A DNA stretch of 56,986 nt, from positions 40,560,905 through 40,617,890 of the forward strand of contig NC_068981.1 in NCBI RefSeq assembly GCF_001194135.2, written 5' to 3'. The DNA is from Octopus bimaculoides. Taxonomy: Eukaryota. Both the position numbers and the translations under genes were made by a program. Shown here piece after piece: positions 49,840 through 56,986 of the stretch. The notes under the pieces are model-generated. The model worked only from the letters and a program-made list of their open reading frames with translations, made no database searches and was not told the DNA's origin. How positions within the stretch are numbered: position 1 is the stretch's first letter; the number at the start of each line of letters is the position of its first letter.

Positions 49840-50981
49840 CTAATGTATGTGTGTGATATAATGAAACCACATATCTCATTTCAAATTTTCTTGATATAGA
49901 GTCTAAATTGGTTGAAAATATATTTAAGTGTTTTAGAAATTTCAGAGTACCAATGATTTCTATTTTAATGGAATGTTATATTTCCTATGTTGAAAGTCTG
50001 TTGTAAACAAGTATGTCACTACACTTCCAGAATCCCCATTTTTATTATTTGGTAACAGTACCATGACACCTATCATGCTAAGGGCATGTAGTTACCATGA
50101 CACAGCTGGACATTGTTCAGGATGTTTTAGGATCCTTAAATTCTCAAAATAATTGCTGTGTTACAAGTTATACTTGTTTTTATAAGTTGCTGGATATTTT
50201 ATACATAGCCCAAAATATTGTATCCTTTCTATTTGAGAATGAGACAATAAAAGTCCCCTAAAACAAAAGTTGATGTTTTTATGTTCATTCATTTTTGTGT
50301 TATTTATAGAACAATACAATGTTGTTCTATTCCTTTGAGACTAACAAGCAGAATTTAGAAACTCAAAGACTGTGGTAAGTATAGTCAGATTCCACAAAAA
50401 AGATTACCTGCCTGTACTGATGACTTCCAACATCATCATCAGCATCATCACCAGTATCACTGCCATCATTATCATCATCACTACTACCACCATCATCATT
50501 ATCATCACCACCACATCTCCATGTCTATATATGTATTTTATTTACTGAGTACAAAAATAAGCTTGGTGAACTGGCCGAGTTATTAGACAATCAGATTTTG
50601 GGGAATTTGTTCTGATTCATTCTACGTTCAAATCCTGCTAGCGTAAACTTTGCCTTTCATCATCTTGGGGTCAATATTAAAGAACCAATCCAAAGCAGTG
50701 GATTGCCAAAGCCGTTAGAGGATCAAGCAAGATGCCTTGCAGTATTTGTTCCAGCTCTTTGTGTTCTGACAACACCTGTAGTGATACTAGTGCTAAGCTG
50801 TATTGGCCCAAGTCAGTGGCTTATCAATTTGTTAAATGTGAGATGCAGGTGTGGTTGTGTGGTAAGAAGTTTGATTCTCAACCACATGGTTGTGTGTCCC
50901 TTGTATAGTACCTTGGGCACAATAGTCTCAAGCCAACCAAATCCTTGTGTGTGAATATGGTAGACAGAAGCTGGAAGAAGC

Positions 50982-51057
<76 letters not shown>

Positions 51058-51910
51058 TTGGTAGTAGTAGTTATAATACATACTTTGAACAATTTTTTAC
51101 TGCTCAGTGAAGCATGCACAGGATTACCCATCAGAAGAATTCAAGGAGTGACTAGCAACAAATGGTAAGACACAGATGTTAAATACTGACCAAAGTGGTT
51201 AGCCGTTAACTGGAACTTAACTGAGAGCCAATTCAGTATCCACCTGGATAATATATCTCTCCAAACTCACGTTTATATATATATACGAGTAGGTGCTAAA
51301 AAGTTCATGGTTTGGGGTAAAAGAAAATACAGAAGTATCAGTTATTTATGATTTTATACAGAACACCACAGAATGAACCATAACAGCAAAGAATTCAAAG
51401 TAAACATTTGTCATACTTTAAAATCATATCATCATCATCATTATTATCATCATTTAACGTCCATTGTCCATGCTGGCATGGGTTGGATGGTTTGACCAAT
51501 GCTCATAAACTGAGGGGTTGCCCCAGACTCTGGTCTGATTTGGCATGGTTTCTATGACAGGATACCCTTCCTAATGCCAACCACACCAAGAATGCAATGG
51601 GTACTTTTACATGCCATTTTTTATTTTACAAGTCAATAAGTGGTAATATTAAAGCTGGTAGTAGTTGTGGAAATAAGGATGCTTTGCTGTTATTTTTCAC
51701 TTGTTTCAGTCATTAGACTGCGACCATACTTGACAACTCCATGAAGAATTCTTAGTTGAATGAATTGACCCCAGTACCTATGTTTTGTGCCGCCTGGTAC
51801 TTATTCTATTGGTCTCTTTTACTGAACCACTAAGTTACAGGGATGTAACCATATCAACACTAGTTGTCAAGTGTTGGTGGGAGACTTACACACACTCACA
51901 CATATATATA

Positions 51911-52211
51911 TATTGTATAAAGGATCGTGGGTAAGGCCAGAACAATGTGAAGTAAATGCAAAGCAAATCACAAGAAAACAAATATATGAATTAATGTAGA
52001 CTTACCTTGCATTTAAATATTTCAGGGTTATGACCCCCATCCTCAAGAAATTAATGAATGTTGCAGATGTTAATTTTCTGAGGCTGGTGTTATAACCCCG
52101 AAATATTGATTGCAAGGTAAGTCAACATTAATTCATATATTTATTTTCTTGTGATTTGCCTTGCATTTACTTAGCATTGTTCTGGCCTTACCCATGATCC
52201 TTTATACAATA
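51911..52211. mobile_element. Foldback (long inverted repeat) element, MITE-like
   Basis: ~144-bp arms (tattgtataaaggatcgtgggtaaggccagaacaatg... / ...cattgttctggccttacccatgatcctttatacaata), ~15-nt loop, TA-rich flanks. Confidence 0.9.
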
Positions 52212-52249
52212 TATTCTACACAATGCTTCACAGTAACAATTCCATTATA

Positions 52250-52290
<41 letters not shown>

Positions 52291-52444
52291 GCTTCTTTCA
52301 GTTTCTGTCTGCCAAATCCACTCACAAGGTTTTGGTCGGCCCAAGGCTATAGTAGAAGACATTTGCCCAAGGTGCCACACAGTGGAACTGAACCCAAAAC
52401 CATGTGTTTGGAAAGCAAGCATCTTACCACACAGCCACACCAGT

Positions 52445-52728
52445 GAAACAACAAGTGACCAAAACGGTTGGCGATATGCCATGCTTGAGAATACTTCTCA
52501 AGTCAAGTGAAATCATAGTTATGGCCAATGCCAGTGTCATGTAACTCACACGTAAAAAACACCCATTACACTCTTGGAGTAGTTGGTGATAGGAAGGGCA
52601 TCCAGCGGTAAAAAACAATGCCAAATCAGACTGGAACTTGGTGCAACTCTCCAGCTTACCAGTGTCAGTAAAAGTGTCTAACCCATGCCAGCATAGAAAC
52701 AGATACTAAATGATGATGATGATGATGA
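52445..52728 (+). mobile_element. RTE LINE 3' end
   Basis: TSDQNGWRYAMLENTSQVK* followed by the 3'UTR and (GAT)n tail. Confidence 0.85.
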
Positions 52729-53086
52729 CTTTAACTTCAATCTTAATTTAACCCAAAATATGACTCAGGCACATTTATAAATGTGATACTTAACTCTTTG
52801 GATAGAAATTTTAAGCTTCTTTGTTAGTTAATAAACACTTAAAAATACCTTAAATGGTTTATTCCAATGAAATATAACAGGCTGAATAAAGAGCTCAAAT
52901 AAGTATTCCATTATATCACAACTGAATATGTGTTGAAAAATTTATGCCAGTAATCCTCTAAATAAGTATTAAAACAACTAACAAGAGATATGAGATACAC
53001 ATGATACATAGCTTTACAAATTGTTGTTGTGTATCCTGATGAAGCAAACCTATAATTTCAAGCATTCCTGCTGTACCTTAGCTATC

Positions 53087-53132
<46 letters not shown>

Positions 53133-53294
53133 GTATGGTACTGTGGTTAAAGAGTTTACCTTTTTCACAATTGCATGGATTCAAGTTCAGTTGCCCTGCA
53201 TGGTACTTTGACCAAATGTCTTCTACTATAACCCTTGGGCCAACCAATGCCCTGTGAGTGAATGTGGTAGACAGAAACTGTAAATATATGTATG

Positions 53295-53330
<36 letters not shown>

Positions 53331-53337
<7 letters not shown>

Positions 53338-54176
53338 AATAATAAATGAGTATATGCATATATACGTACAAGTATGTGCATACCTACATCTACCTGTATA
53401 TATAGGTGTATATCTGGGTACAGGATGTTGCAAAAAAAAACGTAGACAAAAAAATAATAATAACCAGAGTACAGAAAACACACAGGCCACATAGAGAACA
53501 CCTTCCTTCATCAGCTGCCACCATTCTAACACAGGCGTTTCAAAGAGTTAGGGCAGGACGCATCGTTAAAATGGCTCTTTCCACGGACCACAAATTAAAC
53601 TTGTACCCACAAATTAAATTTGTACCATGGAGCGATGTAGTGGCGGACAGAAAACAAGACAGGAAAACAAACGGAAAAGGCTATACGGCCAGACGTGAAA
53701 AACTATGTGTATATTGAACTCAGTGAAGCAACGAACTGGAAGGAAGTGGGACGAAGTAGGTTCGTATGTTTGCTTGGCGATAGCCAAGGAAGAAAAGAAT
53801 TAGTAAGTGGACACATGTGACCAGCGAGGGGTAAGGAGAGAGTGCTAGAGGGAGAAACAAGGTGGGGGAGTCGAAAATAGGTGAGCAACGAGAGGAAGAG
53901 AGAGATATAGTAGTAACAGTAGGAAGAACGAGAGGGGGAAAGAGAGAGATATAGTAGTAACAGAAGGAAGAACGAGAGGGAGAAGAGAGAGATATAGTAG
54001 TAACAGAAGGAAGAACGAGAGGGGGGAAAGATATAGAGATAGATAGAGTCGCGTCAGAAAATATAAAGTTCAAAACTTATTTGCAGGGATGACGTGTGCG
54101 TTCGATCATGTAAAGCAAATAATAAATGAGTATATGCATATATACGTACAAGTATGTGCATACCTACATCTACCTG
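53331..54176. repeat. 780-bp unit bounded by 66-bp direct repeats, with an internal ~43-bp minisatellite
   Basis: 53331-53396 equals 54111-54176 with one mismatch; about 3.5 copies of aacgagagg..gatatagtagtaacagaaggaag at ~53888-54030. Confidence 0.85.
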
Positions 54177-54207
54177 AGTTAAACACAGGTGTTATTCAAA
54201 TTCTTTT

Positions 54208-54296
54208 ACTTCCAACACATGTTTCGAAGATGTCATTGGTATTATTCCAAAGGAATAAAATGGTGTAAAACAATGTAATCTTCTCTTCAGGGAAAT
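54208..54296 (-). ncRNA. Type I hammerhead ribozyme
   Basis: Minus strand: stem I AUUUCC/GGAAGU, CUGAAGA, stem II GAAGAU/AUCUUC extended by CAUUG/CAAUG and UUAUUCC/GGAAUAA, GAAA, stem III ACA/UGU, GUU triplet. Confidence 0.85.
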
Positions 54297-54489
54297 GAAG
54301 AAAAAAACTCATCAATAGGACATTTTAACAGAATATGATGGATATGTATAGTGATGAACTGAACACTATTAAGTTTGTTTTAATAAAACGTTAGGGGATA
54401 TAACGTCAAAGGTAGCCTATAGAAAGAGGAGGGGTAAAGGAAAGAAAAAATCAGAAACCAAATAAATGAGAAGTATATCTCCCTTCTTC

Positions 54490-54757
54490 TGGGGTTGTCA
54501 AACTTTATGATAGATTTTATTCCTCTATGAACCCAATAGTACTTAATAAGGCACTTTGGCTTGCTTATAACAAAGCTGGTCTCACCAGGGAAGAAATTAA
54601 TGTTTTGTTGGCCGCCAGAAAATTTATCATAAAGTTTGACAAAATGTGGGTCTGTAAAGACACACCCGATGGTTTTGATGCTACGATGGGAAGTTCTGAT
54701 TCAGCACAAGTAGCTGATTTAGTCTGTATATATATATATATATATAAATTAACTAAA
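54490..54757 (+). mobile_element. Penelope-like retroelement RT fragment (Naiad/Chlamys-like), truncated by an N-gap
   Basis: LNKAL...ARKFIIKFDKMWVCKDTPDGFDATMGSSDSAQVADLVCIYI resembles the PLE motif [22 protein letters not shown]. Confidence 0.8.
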
Positions 54758-56459
54758 NNNNNNNNNNNNNNNNNNNNNNNNNNNNNNNNNNNNNNNNNNN
54801 NNNNNNNNNNNNNNNNNNNNNNNNNNNNNNNNNNNNNNNNNNNNNNNNNNNNNNNNNNNNNNNNNNNNNNNNNNNNNNNNNNNNNNNNNNNNNNNNNNNN
54901 NNNNNNNNNNNNNNNNNNNNNNNNNNNNNNNNNNNNNNNNNNNNNNNNNNNNNNNNNNNNNNNAATTCATAGCAAAAGTGACAAAGGGAGGAAGAAAAGA
55001 AAAAGAAAGAAAGAACCAAAGCACAGGTGTCCATGGCAGACTATGTTATTTTGCCAACATGGTTTACATATAGAAGTACAAAGTACATAAGGAATTAGAG
55101 GATGAACAGAAGTTTAATCTTACAGCTGTTACGGCCTAGTTTTGGCAGACCCCATTCTATCCTAGATTAATTCCATTCAATCTTATTCTACCTTTACTAA
55201 TGGAGACATGAAATCTAGTTGTAAGAATATAAACGATATCAAATTTAATTTATATGTCAACACCAAACAGAGGAAGGGAGATAACCCTTGTTCAATCCCC
55301 TTTTTTTTATTCTAAAGGTAAATCGATGTCTTTTAAAGATAGTTATACTAAAAATAAGGCAACTAATAGTATGACACTTTATTTAACCGATAGAGAAAGG
55401 TGACCGATCAAACTGATTATCTAAACAGAATTCTGATTGGTCGAAAGTGTCTTCTTGTCTCAAGCTCTGATTTTCTGCCTATTCTTGTCGGAACCTTTGA
55501 TATGGAGTATTGAAATTTTAATCCCTTTCACACTTATAGAATGTCATGTAAATTTTTAAATTTTTAATTGCCGTTTTAGCCAGGAGACCAAACTGATAGT
55601 TTGGTAACCCGCTTAAATAAACATTAAAAAATCGAAAGGAGAAAATAAACAGCTTTGCAAGTTTAACTTAGTGATTATTGAACAAGAGAGGTACGAAATT
55701 TAAGAAGTGACTTGTTAGAATATACACGTCTGTGAGGTGACATAAACAAGAATAGCAAAAATCTACTATACCAAAAGAACTGGTAATACAAATGTTCTAT
55801 GAAGAGAACATAAGATTACTGCATAATTCAACGTGAATGTGAAATGACATTAAACATCATATAAGGTAAATGAAGATTTCTGTCGGAACACTAAGTCATA
55901 TTGACTTAGTGAGTTTATATGCGCAAGGAGGAATTATCATGCTGTTGTTGTCGACGTTAGATGCAGTAAGAGCTGATAGCAGTGATATCGGCGGTGAGGA
56001 ATTTCATTGTGTCGTAACATGGAGAAAGCGAGCAAATTAGTTTCCTGGTGCAAACTAGACACCCTAAGCAGAGAAAACCTTATCTATTTAAGGAAATTGC
56101 CGGGCTCTTTTGCGATAGGTAGAAACACCAAGTAATGTAAAATATGGTCTGGACTGTGACTACCAGCATGAACGTTGTAATGAAAGTCCTAATCATATAC
56201 CTCCCTAACAAGTGTTATTGCATGCCATGAAAAGGACAGGAAAAAAACCCAAGCACTTCAAACTATTGTTTGTTAAATCCACCCTTTTTGGAACCACTAT
56301 AAAAGTGATCATTTTTATATTTTTATCATTTTTTTAAAACAATTTTTGTTTTAAATTTGAATGTTTTTACACAACTTATCATTTTTACTAACAAGCAAGC
56401 AACATATTGCATTTCATTATAAAGGACTGAGTTTATGCAGAGCAATTCCATGTTGATTA

Positions 56460-56986
56460 TGATGATGATGATCATCATCATCATCATCGTTTAACGTCCG
56501 CTTTCCATGCTAGCATGGGTTGGACGATTTGACTGAGGACTGGTGAACTAGATGGCTACACCAGGCTCCAATCTGATTTGGCAGAGTTTCTACAGATGGA
56601 TGCCCTTCCTAACACCAACCACTTCAAGAGTGTAGTGGGTACTTTTATGTGCCGCCTGCACAAAGGCCAGTCAGGTGGTACTGGCAATGGCCACGCTCAA
56701 AATGGTGTATTTTACGTGCCACCTGCACAAGAGCCAGTCCAGCAGCACTGGCAACGATCTCGCTCGAATGTCTTTACACATGCCACTGGCACAAGTGCCA
56801 GGAAGGCGACGCTGGGCACAGGTGCCATGACGATTTCGCTTTCGCTTGCCCCAACAGGTCTTCGCAAGCCGAGTTTCGTGTCCAATGAAGGAGACGACGT
56901 TGGCATGGGTGCCAGTCGTCAAATTTAGTTCGATTTCGTTTTCGCTTGCCCCAACAGGTCTTCGCAAGCCGAGTTTCGTGTCCAAT
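56460..56986 (-). mobile_element. RTE-type 3' end with ~60-bp units and a 100-bp-period duplication, cut by the window end
   Basis: Common 3'UTR; 56831-56886 repeated at 56931-56986 with one mismatch. Confidence 0.8.

Noticed and set aside
50405-50525. Minus-strand Asp/Gly-rich frame ending at CAG|GTAATC
   Set aside because: Degenerate (CAT)n microsatellite, and its phase does not fit the candidate gene
53495-53550. Minus-strand GAAAC..TGTGTT followed by CTGATGA, a type II hammerhead order
   Set aside because: Stem I does not pair and stem II is mostly wobble or mismatch
54964-56250. Searched for the continuation of the Penelope-like ORF (GIY-YIG endonuclease) after the gap
   Set aside because: No recognisable motif by eye in any frame; left unannotated

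Overview
AT-rich, repeat-dense eukaryotic DNA from a draft animal assembly with five N-gaps. The repeat families suggest an octopus/cephalopod genome, but that is inference. The + strand carries the 3' part of a K-Cl cotransporter gene (KCC, SLC12A4-7 type): 17 hand-spliced coding exons from 1740 to the stop at 41167-41169, about 620 aa, with consistent phases. Three of its introns are minor-spliceosome (U12) introns, one AT-AC and two GT-AG, and a fourth acceptor looks U12-like. Downstream are a candidate convergent minus-strand gene partly hidden in an N-gap, a 301-bp foldback element, a 780-bp direct-repeat-bounded unit, and a type I hammerhead ribozyme (minus strand, 54208-54296) beside a Penelope-like (Naiad-type) RT fragment. 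The rest consists of RTE 3' ends, tRNA-derived SINEs, DNA-transposon relics (Tc1/mariner, hAT, piggyBac-like, Helentron-like), other LINE relics and microsatellites. Most ORF-track entries are microsatellite or repeat noise. All alignments and folds were done by eye.
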